Below are positions 9,070 to 17,600 of a DNA stretch of 26,422 nucleotides, piece after piece. The position numbers and the translations under genes were made by a program. This stretch comes from a virus (lineage: Duplodnaviria > Heunggongvirae > Uroviricota > Caudoviricetes). Where the stretch lies: IMG/VR virus record IMGVR_UViG_2541047936_000001; one strand, given 5' to 3'. The notes beneath the pieces are model-generated. The model made no database searches, had not been told where the DNA came from, and saw only the letters and a program-made list of their open reading frames with translations. The number at the start of each line of letters is the position of its first letter. The stretch's first letter is position 1.

Positions 9070-10015
9070 ACGCCCACTGGTTATAAACACGCAGCTGGCA
9101 ATGAAAATTGGCTTAAACGAAGCCATTGTTTTGCAACAACTGCACTACTGGTTGAGAGATACCAACTCCGGCATGGAATGTGATGGTGTTCGCTGGATTT
9201 ATAACACAACGGAACAATGGCTGGAACAGTTCCCATTCTGGTCAGAGTCAACGTTAAAGCGCGCGTTTGCAAGTCTGAAAACGCTGGGGCTTTTGCGTTG
9301 TGAAAAGCTCAATAAATCAAAGCGCGATATGACCAATTTCTACACGATCAACTACGGGAGCGAGCTTTTAGATGGTGGCAAATTGAGCGAATCCATCGGT
9401 TTAAAATGCGCCGCTCCATCAGGTCAAAATGACACGATGGAAGAGGTCAAAATGAAACGCTCCATTGGTTCAAAACGACTCAATGTCATCGGGTCAAAAT
9501 GGCCTGATGATCTTACAGAGAATACAACAGAGATTACTACAGAGAATAAAAAGACTTCTCGTCCGGAAGCTTCGCAACCGGACCCGCAGACGGTTGAACA
9601 GGATTTTTTAACCCGACACCCTGACGCGGTTGTGTTCAGTGCGAAAAAACGCCAGTGGGGCAGCCAGGAAGATTTGGCGTGTGCGCAGTGGATCTGGGGG
9701 CGAATCGTGAGTCTTTACGAGCAGGCCGCCAGCGATGATGGCGAGATTTCGCGACCGAAAGAACCCAACTGGACCGCATGGGCCAACGACGTGCGCACAA
9801 TGCGGATGCTGGATGGCAGAACTCACAGACAAATTTGTGAAATGTTTGGTCGGGTGCAGCGGGATCCATTCTGGGTAAAAAATATCATGAGTCCGTCAAA
9901 GCTTCGCGAAAAATGGGATGAACTGGTTATCCGCCTGGGGCGTTCGTCTGTACAGCGTTGTGTGAATCATATTTCTGAGCCGGATACCGAAATTCCGCCG
10001 GGCTTCAGGGGGTAA
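9050..10015 (+). CDS. Phage replication initiation / replisome organizer protein (O-like N-terminal domain)
   Basis: Start taken as ATG 9050 (MSLLFAERPLVINTQLAMKIGLNEAIVLQQLHYWL); N-terminal replisome-organizer-like motif. Confidence 0.6.
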   Translation: MSLLFAERPLVINTQLAMKIGLNEAIVLQQLHYWLRDTNSGMECDGVRWIYNTTEQWLEQFPFWSESTLKRAFASLKTLGLLRCEKLNKSKRDMTNFYTINYGSELLDGGKLSESIGLKCAAPSGQNDTMEEVKMKRSIGSKRLNVIGSKWPDDLTENTTEITTENKKTSRPEASQPDPQTVEQDFLTRHPDAVVFSAKKRQWGSQEDLACAQWIWGRIVSLYEQAASDDGEISRPKEPNWTAWANDVRTMRMLDGRTHRQICEMFGRVQRDPFWVKNIMSPSKLREKWDELVIRLGRSSVQRCVNHISEPDTEIPPGFRG

Positions 10016-10055
10016 GTGTTAATTTCTGGTCATGAGGTAATTTTCAGGAGGGCTT

Positions 10056-10478
10056 GTGGCAAAAGTTTTTACACAAGAAGAGCGGGAAAAAATTAAAGGG
10101 CAGGTTGTTGAACTCGTACGCCGGAGTGGGCGTGAGACGTTACGGCAACTGGAAGTCAAGACAGGTGCGACAAGATATCTGATGAGCGTTCTCGCAAGAG
10201 AGCTGGTTGCCAGCGGCGATGTATACAACTCTGGTTACGGGTTATTCCCGTCTGAACAGGCGCGTAAGGACTGGCAAAATGCCCGTAAAAAGCTCTCAAG
10301 GGCAAAGCTGAAGGAACCATCTGCGGTTGATCCGGACCTTATCTGGTCATTACCTGACGGAGAAATACGTCGCTACGACAGGCGTCAGAACATAATCTGT
10401 CGCGAGTGCCGGAAGAGTGAAGTTATGCAGCGCATACTAGCATTCTATCAGGGAAATGCTCGATATTTATTGAAGTGA
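10056..10478 (+). CDS. Hypothetical protein (140 aa), GTG start with AGGAGG Shine-Dalgarno
   Basis: ORF track; SD at 10046-10051. Confidence 0.5.
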   Translation: MAKVFTQEEREKIKGQVVELVRRSGRETLRQLEVKTGATRYLMSVLARELVASGDVYNSGYGLFPSEQARKDWQNARKKLSRAKLKEPSAVDPDLIWSLPDGEIRRYDRRQNIICRECRKSEVMQRILAFYQGNARYLLK

Positions 10479-10678
10479 TGAGATTAAAGTTTATTAGTTC
10501 AGATATTGATTGGCTCTTTTGTGGAGTAGGGTAGAGTTAGTGTGTTTGTCTGCTTGGTGCCAGCAGCGGATATGTTTAACAACAGAAAGCATTCAGCATG
10601 GTTAGTGGATTTGCAAAGTGGATTAGGATTTGAGAAACTTTGATGAAGTTGTAAAGCTTGTTTCTATAAAAATAGAAA

Positions 10679-10695
10679 TTTAACTAATAGTTAAA
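10679..10695. promoter_or_regulatory. Perfect 17-bp palindrome TTTAACTA-A-TAGTTAAA, 36 bp upstream of the 299-aa gene; candidate operator
   Basis: Read directly. Confidence 0.35.
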
Positions 10696-10730
10696 CACAC
10701 CTCCAGCTTCATTGAAAAGGATTATTAGCT

Positions 10731-11630
10731 ATGATTGATCCACTTATTAGAAACTTACAGAGTGATATTGCACTACTCCAGCTTTATATCGCGCAACGCA
10801 AACAGGCAGGCTTTCATGACATGGAAAGAATAATTGAGTCATTGACCATCTTTATGTTTCGCGCGCTGAAAATGGGTGAACTGGTAAACATGAATCAGAT
10901 TAAAGTTAATTTTCCCGCCATTGATTTAGCTGATAATAAAAACATGATAGCAGTTCAAGTTACTACGAATGCAAGTCCAGCAAAAATTAAAAAAACTATC
11001 GAATCTTTTGAGAAAATAAATGAAATAGGAGAGAGTCTGAAAGATAAATACTCTACTTTATATATTTTTGGTTTTTGTAAAGCCTCAAGATACCTAACTC
11101 CAAGTTATTGTAAAATAATCGACCCCAGCTATTTCGTGAATGAACTTTGCGATAAAGCAGATGAAGATATGGTCCAGGATATGATTGACGCCATTCGACG
11201 CCATCATGATTATACATCATTACATCCATGGAGTGATAAAGATTCACTCGAAATTATACTCAATATTATTAATCGCAATGCAATAAAACATCGGATGAGT
11301 TGCGAAGGCAGTCTGTCTGATATGCTCACTGGTTTAAAAGAAATTAATGAAGTAATTACAAAAGGAACAATTCAACGTAAGCAACGTTCAAAATCGATAT
11401 CTGACTTCAAAGATCAAAGCATGGTGAAATTTATGAGAGGTGTAATGGATGATTTGTCTGTTATTCAAGCCATAGTGAACAAATCTAAAGTTAACCAAGG
11501 TGATATGGTTTATATAAGCCATGAAGATATGATTAATATTGATAAATTAAAAGCTAAAATAGCAAGTGATTCATCAGAGATTGCAAGGCTAAATAATATT
11601 GATATAACACTAAATGTTGTTGATTTATAA
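10731..11630 (+). CDS. Cargo protein (299 aa), soluble; N-terminal ~125 aa resemble a SMEK-type N-terminal domain of defence-associated proteins; C-terminal ~170 aa unassigned
   Basis: ORF in ~33% GC DNA; motifs NFPAIDLADNKNMIAVQVT...KIKKTIESF; AAGGA Shine-Dalgarno. Confidence 0.7.
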   Translation: MIDPLIRNLQSDIALLQLYIAQRKQAGFHDMERIIESLTIFMFRALKMGELVNMNQIKVNFPAIDLADNKNMIAVQVTTNASPAKIKKTIESFEKINEIGESLKDKYSTLYIFGFCKASRYLTPSYCKIIDPSYFVNELCDKADEDMVQDMIDAIRRHHDYTSLHPWSDKDSLEIILNIINRNAIKHRMSCEGSLSDMLTGLKEINEVITKGTIQRKQRSKSISDFKDQSMVKFMRGVMDDLSVIQAIVNKSKVNQGDMVYISHEDMINIDKLKAKIASDSSEIARLNNIDITLNVVDL

Positions 11631-11944
11631 TTGTCGATTTAGCAAAACAGAGAATGCTTTGAAAGTTTCACCGAGAAATATTTATTGTGAACCTCCTTAT
11701 TGTTTATCGACTTTTACTCTCCGCTCATTGCAGTACTGTCGGAGAAGGCTACTATGTACAAGAAGCAGCTAACATAAGCGAGCATCACTATTGATATTAG
11801 GAAGAGTATATAAAAACTTCATGCTGAACCTTACAAAAGTAGGTAAACCGGCAATGGCCTAAGTGGCAGGGTCATGTTGATCCGGCACTGCCGAGCTAAT
11901 AATTAACAAGCAAATCACTCTTTCTAATAATTTGTTGAAATAAA

Positions 11945-12604
11945 CTAAATATGTATATGTTTACCAACAACCACATATGAACTACCTGCTTTGCTCCATG
12001 ATTTTATTATTTCTAAATTATTATCTGAGCATATTTTACTTACAGTATCCACATCTAATAAACCATAGTAGAAAGCATTGCGAGAGTTTTGGTATATATA
12101 CCCATGCAAATGTTTAATACCGCTCTCGTACCTCTTGAAATAAGAACTTTTGTATTGATTGACAATCAGTGCTTCACCATCACTCTTTAATAATTCTCTA
12201 ATCGCACTGAGGACTTTGTGAATTGTGGATTCACATGGAATTGCGGAAAGCACGTTTGCGCAAAGTATGAAATCATAATGATTTGTTATTTTATCTATAT
12301 TTTCATAAGAAACAATATTAGCATTCTTATAGTTATTTATCACGTAATCTGGAATCGTGGTTTGTACACCTCTGATAATTTGCACTCTTTCTAGTTGTCT
12401 TCTGGAATCTAAAAATGTCACAGTTTCAAATTTATTTACTAATTGTTCTGAATATCTAAGTTTTCCACATCCAAAATCAAGGGCATTGCCATTTTTATTA
12501 GTGCTTTCAATCTGTTTACAGAGATAGTTAGATGGCATAGTGTGCGGTTTCGCTGCATTTTCTGAACGTATGTTTATTCCATTTATTTTGTAATTCAAAA
12601 TCAA
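11945..12604 (-). CDS. Small class I SAM-dependent methyltransferase (TehB/TPMT-like fold); true start probably the second TTG (12598)
   Basis: Motif I ALDFGCGKL, acidic TFLD, YDFILCANVLSAIP, KSDGEALIV; no DPPY/NPPY DNA-MTase motif seen; GAGG 6 nt before second TTG. Confidence 0.75.
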   Translation of the reverse strand: MILNYKINGINIRSENAAKPHTMPSNYLCKQIESTNKNGNALDFGCGKLRYSEQLVNKFETVTFLDSRRQLERVQIIRGVQTTIPDYVINNYKNANIVSYENIDKITNHYDFILCANVLSAIPCESTIHKVLSAIRELLKSDGEALIVNQYKSSYFKRYESGIKHLHGYIYQNSRNAFYYGLLDVDTVSKICSDNNLEIIKSWSKAGSSYVVVGKHIHI

Positions 12605-12610
12605 CCTCGT

Positions 12611-13318
12611 TTAAAAAATATTGTTATTGTTAAAGAATTCTTTTATTTTGCTATCAGGTATTTGTCTTACTTGGCTTTCTGTTCTTGGTTTAACTGATGC
12701 TATGAAAATAAGGAAGTCAAATGCGACAAGAGAAATAATCCACAACCAAAGATTAATTAAAGAGCCAGTAACAGAGAATATATTTGTTAATTTGGCGATA
12801 CTTATTATTAAAATAGTAACAAATGCGATTACTGTATGTTCAAAGAAAACCCAAAAGTAATAAACTTTGTTCCAGAAAAGTTCAACGTAATGTTTGTCTT
12901 TTAACTCTTTAACTTCTGGGTAATACAGTTTACTCATTACCTTGTGAGATTCATCAGTAGTTAATTTTCTCGTAACGCCTGCAATTTTTGCTAATGGTTT
13001 AATAATTAAATGACTATCCCACATCTTCCTTATTCCAATAATTTTTGCTACATTATTATGTAGATCTAAAGCTCCACTAATTACTGACCAAAAAACTGAA
13101 GATGCAATTGGTAATATGCCAAAGGTTAATATCCATTTAATAAATTCCTCGTAGTCTTTAACGGGGGGGATATACTTGGCATTAATGCCAACCAATGGCA
13201 TGTAGCCATAAATGACTAATGATAGGTAAAATATAAATGTAGTAATAAAAGTCGCCTTATGGAGCATAGGCAACATTTCATTATAACTCTTTGGTGGTTC
13301 TAACATTTTACTCTCCAA
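12611..13318 (-). CDS. Integral membrane protein (235 aa, about four predicted TM helices), first gene of the operon with the methyltransferase
   Basis: Hydrophobic stretches TFITTFIFYLSLVIYGYMPLVGI, WILTFGILPIASSVFWSVISGAL, YYFWVFFEHTVIAFVTILIISIA, LINLWLWIISLVAFDFLIFIASV. Confidence 0.7.
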   Translation of the reverse strand: MESKMLEPPKSYNEMLPMLHKATFITTFIFYLSLVIYGYMPLVGINAKYIPPVKDYEEFIKWILTFGILPIASSVFWSVISGALDLHNNVAKIIGIRKMWDSHLIIKPLAKIAGVTRKLTTDESHKVMSKLYYPEVKELKDKHYVELFWNKVYYFWVFFEHTVIAFVTILIISIAKLTNIFSVTGSLINLWLWIISLVAFDFLIFIASVKPRTESQVRQIPDSKIKEFFNNNNIF

Positions 13319-13747
13319 ACACTCAAAAAAAAGCTAATCTTCTATAATAACGAAATTCAGCTGGCACAATTAAAGATTAATTGCCACCAATTTCTTGATT
13401 TTATAATTTTATCTAAATGTTTTTGATTAATCTAGTCCTAAAAGAAACCTACTGCATAAATATTTATGCTGATGACCCACTCCCTGTTCGTTAACACATA
13501 GCAACGTTAGTAATGCATCCTAAGTGATCAATATTTTTGCTAGCTTCATCTGCTCGCTCAAAGGGAACTATAATGTTGGCTTGCGTGTGACTTGGCATGT
13601 TTAAAGAAGTGCTGGTGGTGACTGGTTGCTGTTTTCCATTTCCACAGAACAAAATCATAGAAACTATACCCAGTAGTTGTATTGAATCACTGACGAGACA
13701 GCCTCATATTTATCAGGACTGGTGTACGTCCAATACAGGAGGTTGTG

Positions 13748-13837
13748 GTGCTGGTTCTCAAATGTGCGCTGGCTATTGCTGCTGTAATGGCAATTTATTG
13801 TCTTGCTGTTGTTCTTATGGATCACCTTTCTGATTGA
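13748..13837 (+). CDS. Candidate small hydrophobic peptide (29 aa: MLVLKCALAIAAVMAIYCLAVVLMDHLSD), GTG start with strong Shine-Dalgarno
   Basis: AGGAGG at 13737-13742, 5-nt spacer, GTG 13748; +1 frame relative to the 78-aa Cys-rich ORF. Confidence 0.35.
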   Translation: MLVLKCALAIAAVMAIYCLAVVLMDHLSD

Positions 13838-14048
13838 TTTCATATTGGCGAGGTAACGGTAGTTAAGTAGAATTGCTGCGGGTGCTTGAGGCTATCTGCC
13901 TCGGGCATCAACACCAAAGGCAGATAGAGAAAAGCCCCAGTTAACATTACGCGTCCGGCAAGACGCTTAACATTAATCTGAGGCCATATCTATGCTCTAC
14001 ACACGTAGGTTAGCCTCTTACGTGCCGAAAGGCAAGGAGAAGCAGGCT

Positions 14049-14204
14049 ATGAAGCAGCAAAAGGCGATGTTAATCGCCCTGATCGTCATCTGTTTAACCG
14101 TCATAGTGACGGCACTGGTAACGAGGAAAGACCTCTGCGAGGTACGAATCCGAACCGGCCAGACGGAGGTCGCTGTCTTCACAGCTTACGAATCTGAGGA
14201 GTAA
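14049..14204 (+). CDS. hokD: Hok-family type I toxin (51 aa), HokD/RelF-like
   Basis: MKQQKAMLIALIVICLTVIVTALVTRKDLCEVRIRTGQTEVAVFTAYESEE; AGGAGA Shine-Dalgarno at 14035-14040. Confidence 0.85.
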   Translation: MKQQKAMLIALIVICLTVIVTALVTRKDLCEVRIRTGQTEVAVFTAYESEE

Positions 14205-14274
14205 GAGACCCGGCGGGGGAGAAATCCCTCGCCACCTCTGATGTGTCAGGCATTCTCAACGCACCCGCATTTAA

Positions 14275-14299
14275 CCCGCTTCGGCGGGTTTTTGTTTTT
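14275..14299 (+). terminator. Rho-independent terminator after hok (CCCGCTTCGGCGGG + U-tract)
   Basis: Hairpin and T-run read directly. Confidence 0.6.
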
Positions 14300-14421
14300 A
14301 TTTTCAACGCGTTTGAAGTTCTGGGCGGTGCCGGAATAGAATCAAAAATACTTAAGTAGCGCGCAGGGATAAGAGGGATGGACCCCGAACAGGGGAGTGC
14401 TATTTATCTGGAAGGATTCTG

Positions 14422-14685
14422 TTGATGAAAATCGAAGAATTACGTGAAATTTTTACTGAAGATGGCCTCTATACTGTGCGCGTTGAGAATGGTGCTATTG
14501 TCAGTCACTGCCGTATTAAATGTTTACAATCTAAACAAAGGAAGAGTGGTGCTGCGTTAATTTATTTTGTGGATGAACTTGTGACAGATGGTTTTATTTT
14601 GCGTGAAAATGAATTTGTCACATCATTGCAGTCTCTGAAAGAAGCTGGGCTTAAGGCTGGTTTTTCTGCTTTTGAAGATGAGTAA
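14422..14685 (+). CDS. Hypothetical nin-region protein (87 aa)
   Basis: ORF track only. Confidence 0.45.
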   Translation: MMKIEELREIFTEDGLYTVRVENGAIVSHCRIKCLQSKQRKSGAALIYFVDELVTDGFILRENEFVTSLQSLKEAGLKAGFSAFEDE

Positions 14686-14751
14686 ATTCATCTACAATTC
14701 AGCACAGGGCTGAACCCCTGTTGAGTAACACTGTGCCACCGGAGAAAACCG

Positions 14752-15030
14752 ATGGCGCAAAATTCCAGACCACACAATTCTGATAATTCAGCCGTCTTTG
14801 CCAGCAGGCACGGGCGGCGTTCTCATGCATTCAAATATGACTGGTACCAGCATGACCCATGCACTGAAGAACAGGCCGAATGGCTGATTCAGAACTACCG
14901 CAGGCGTGGGTATGAGTTTAGGAAAGCCCTCAGCCTCGATTATCGTCACTGGATAATCTACGTCAGGCTCCCTTATTCCGAACGCCCACCGCGTCCGTCC
15001 CGCACATTCCAGCAACGCATCTGGAGGTAA
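14752..15030 (+). CDS. Hypothetical nin-region protein (92 aa)
   Basis: ORF track; ends 1 nt before the DUF968 GTG start. Confidence 0.4.
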   Translation: MAQNSRPHNSDNSAVFASRHGRRSHAFKYDWYQHDPCTEEQAEWLIQNYRRRGYEFRKALSLDYRHWIIYVRLPYSERPPRPSRTFQQRIWR

Positions 15031-15031
15031 C

Positions 15032-16082
15032 GTGCGGGTATTACTTCGACCTGTTCCGGTACCGGAACTTGGGCTGGTGGTCCTTAAGCCGGGCCGTGAA
15101 TCCATGCAGGTATTTCATAACCCTCGAGTGCTGGTGGAGCCGGAACCAAAAAGCATGCGCGGTCTGCCGTCCGGAGTCGTTCCTGCCGTTCGCCAGCCGC
15201 TGGCGGAGGATAAATCATTACTGCCATTTTTCAGCGATGAGCGGGTGATTCGTGCTGCTGGCGGCGCTGGTGCACTGTCTGACTGGCTGTTGCGTCATGT
15301 CAAATCCTGCCAGTGGCCTCATGGTGACTATCATCACAGTGAAACCGTCATACATCGTTACGGTACCGGCGCGATGGTGTTGTGCTGGCACTGCGACAAC
15401 CAGCTGCGTGACCAGACCTCTGAATCACTCGGGCAACTTGCTCATCAAAACCTGTCAGCATGGATGATTGACGTCATACGCCATGCAATGAATGGCACAC
15501 AGGAGCGGGAATTATCTCTGGCTGAATTATCCTGGTGGGCGGTCCGCAATCAGGTGGCGGACGCGCTACCGGAAGCTGTATTACGTCGTTCACTGGGGTT
15601 GCGTGCGGAAAAAAATCCGCTCCTTGTACCGCGAAAGCGACATCGTACCGGGAGAGCAGACCGCCACCAGCATACTGAAGCAGCGCACAAAAAATCTTGC
15701 GCCGTTGCTTCACACCCACCAGCCACAGAACCCAGCACAGGAAAAGGCGGTGGTCAGCATTACCGTTGATCCGGAGTCTCCGGAATCTTTCATGAGGCGA
15801 CCTAAACGTCGCCGTTGGGTAAATGAGAAATATACGAGCTGGGTGAAGACACAGCCGTGTGCGTGTTGTGGTCAGCCAGCCGACGATCCCCATCACCTGA
15901 TTGGTCACGGTCAGGGAGGGATGGGAACAAAATCCCACGATATTTTCACGCTACCGCTGTGTCGGGAGCATCACAACGAGCTTCATGCGGATCCGCTGGC
16001 GTTCGAAGAAAAGCATGGTTCCCAGATTGATTTAATTTTTCGTTTTCTTGATCACGCCTTTGCAACCGGCGTGCTCGGGTAA
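15032..16082 (+). pseudogene. DUF968-family (YdfU-like) nin-region gene split across two frames by a shift in an A7 run (15609-15615)
   Basis: ORFs 15032..15769 and 15492..16082 overlap in different frames; together ~350 codons; C-terminal HNH-like motif CACCGQPADDPHHLIGHGQGG...CREHHNELH. Confidence 0.6.
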
Positions 16083-16094
16083 AAGAGGTTACTG

Positions 16095-16454
16095 ATGCGT
16101 ATAGAGTTTGTTTTGCCTTACCCGCCAACGGTGAACACCTACTGGCGGCGTCGTGGCAGCACATATTTTGTATCAAAAGTCGGTGAGCGTTATCGCCGTG
16201 ATGTGGCGCTTATTGTTCGCCAGCAGCAACTGAAATTAAACCTGTCCGGAAGGCTGGCAATAAAAATTATTGCAGAGCCACCGGATAAGCGCCGTCGTGA
16301 CCTGGACAATATCCTGAAGGCACCACTGGATGCACTGACGCATGCGGGGCTGCTCATAGACGACGAGCAGTTTGATGAAATTAATATTGTGCGCGGTCAG
16401 CTTGTTCCTAGTGGGCGGTTGGGGATAAAAATCACAGAACTGGGGTGCGCATGA
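16095..16454 (+). CDS. rusA: RusA Holliday-junction resolvase
   Basis: 119 aa with RRRDLDN catalytic-type motif. Confidence 0.85.
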   Translation: MRIEFVLPYPPTVNTYWRRRGSTYFVSKVGERYRRDVALIVRQQQLKLNLSGRLAIKIIAEPPDKRRRDLDNILKAPLDALTHAGLLIDDEQFDEINIVRGQLVPSGRLGIKITELGCA

Positions 16455-17140
16455 ATAACCAGTATTTACAGTTTGTGCGTGAGCAGCTCATTATCGCCAC
16501 CGCTGATTTGAGTGGGGCAACAAAAGGTCAGCTTGAAGCCTGGCAGGAGAATGCCATGTTCGATACAGGGCGTTACAGGCGTAAAAAAATCCGGTACCGC
16601 GATGAAGTGACTGGAAAAATGATAACGCGGGATAATCCACCAATCCCGGGAAAGCAATCGCTGGCGAAGGGGACGTCAATTCCTCTGGTCAGTCCGATTG
16701 AGTTTTCGACATCATCGTGGCGGCGGGCTGTTCTGTCTCTTGAAGAACATCATAAAGCCTGGTTGTTGTGGTGTTACAGCGGGAGTATTTGTTGGGAATA
16801 TCAGATCGCGATAACACAGTGGGCGTGGAATGAATTTAATACTCAATCCGGTACCAGAAAAATTGCAGGGAAAACGCAGGAACGCCTGAAAAAATTAATC
16901 TGGCTGGCGGCGCAGGCAGTAAAAGCAGAACTTTTTGGTGGGGAAGGTTATGAATACAAGGAGCTGGCATTACTGGTGGGAGTGACAACTAAAAACTGGT
17001 CCAAAACATTTACTCGTCACTGGGTTGCAATGAAACACATTTTTCACCGACTGGATAGTGAGGCTTTATTGTTTGTAATGAGAACGCGTTCAAAACAAAA
17101 GGCGGCATTTTCAAAGCAAAGTGTTGCAAAAGTAGATTGA
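16451..17140 (+). CDS. Late-gene antiterminator Q (QuuQ-like)
   Basis: Position after rusA and before terminator, tRNAs and lysis genes; ATGA overlap with rusA stop. Confidence 0.6.
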   Translation: MNNQYLQFVREQLIIATADLSGATKGQLEAWQENAMFDTGRYRRKKIRYRDEVTGKMITRDNPPIPGKQSLAKGTSIPLVSPIEFSTSSWRRAVLSLEEHHKAWLLWCYSGSICWEYQIAITQWAWNEFNTQSGTRKIAGKTQERLKKLIWLAAQAVKAELFGGEGYEYKELALLVGVTTKNWSKTFTRHWVAMKHIFHRLDSEALLFVMRTRSKQKAAFSKQSVAKVD

Positions 17141-17207
17141 AAGGCATATATTTCATGCAAATCTGATATTTTGCCGATTTTGTACGTGATGGCAAAAGCA
17201 AACAAAA

Positions 17208-17230
17208 CCCGCCCACAAGCGGGTTTTTTT
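17208..17230 (+). terminator. tR'-like rho-independent terminator downstream of Q (CCCGCCCACAAGCGGG + T7)
   Basis: Hairpin plus T-run read directly. Confidence 0.6.
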
Positions 17231-17350
17231 GTGCCACTTATCTCGGATAGACATGGTGAATGCGCTGGTGGAGGAAGCAAGGGTAATTTTTAACCAGGTG
17301 ATTCTTGAATGCTTGCAACATTGATTTCGTAACGTTATTATCCTGCGCCC

Positions 17351-17426
17351 GGCCCTTTAGCTCAGTGGTGAGAGCGAGCGACTCATAATCGCCAGGCCGC
17401 TGGTTCAAATCCAGCAAGGGCCACCA
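17351..17426 (+). tRNA. tRNA with CAU anticodon (Ile2/ileZ-like, or Met)
   Basis: GGCCCTTTAGCTCAGTGGTGAGAGC...anticodon loop CUCAUAA...TTCAAATCC...CCA. Confidence 0.8.
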
Positions 17427-17433
17427 TCACATA

Positions 17434-17510
17434 CCGCCATTAGCTCATCGGGATAGAACGCCAGCCTTCGAAGCTGGTTTCGCGGGGTTCGAGTCTCCGA
17501 TGGCGGTCCA
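17434..17510 (+). tRNA. tRNA-Arg, anticodon UCG
   Basis: Cloverleaf with anticodon loop CUUCGAA; acceptor CCGCCAT/ATGGCGG; CCA end. Confidence 0.75.
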
Positions 17511-17523
17511 TTATCGGTATTCT

Positions 17524-17600
17524 GCGTTTTTAGCTCAGCCGGACAGAGCAATTGCCTTCTAAGCAATCGGTCACTGGTTCGAACCCAGTACAACGCACCA
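17524..17600 (+). tRNA. tRNA-Arg, anticodon UCU
   Basis: Cloverleaf with anticodon loop CUUCUAA; CCA end. Confidence 0.75.

Noticed and set aside
13597-13833. 78-aa Cys/Gly-rich ORF (possible microcin-like peptide)
   Set aside because: No recognisable ribosome-binding site at its start, whereas the overlapping +1 frame has a strong AGGAGG-N5-GTG start; kept only as the alternative reading. Not fully excluded.
14788-15938. Minus-strand ORFs (105 aa, 154 aa) in the nin region
   Set aside because: Antisense to the DUF968 gene and neighbours; no independent support.
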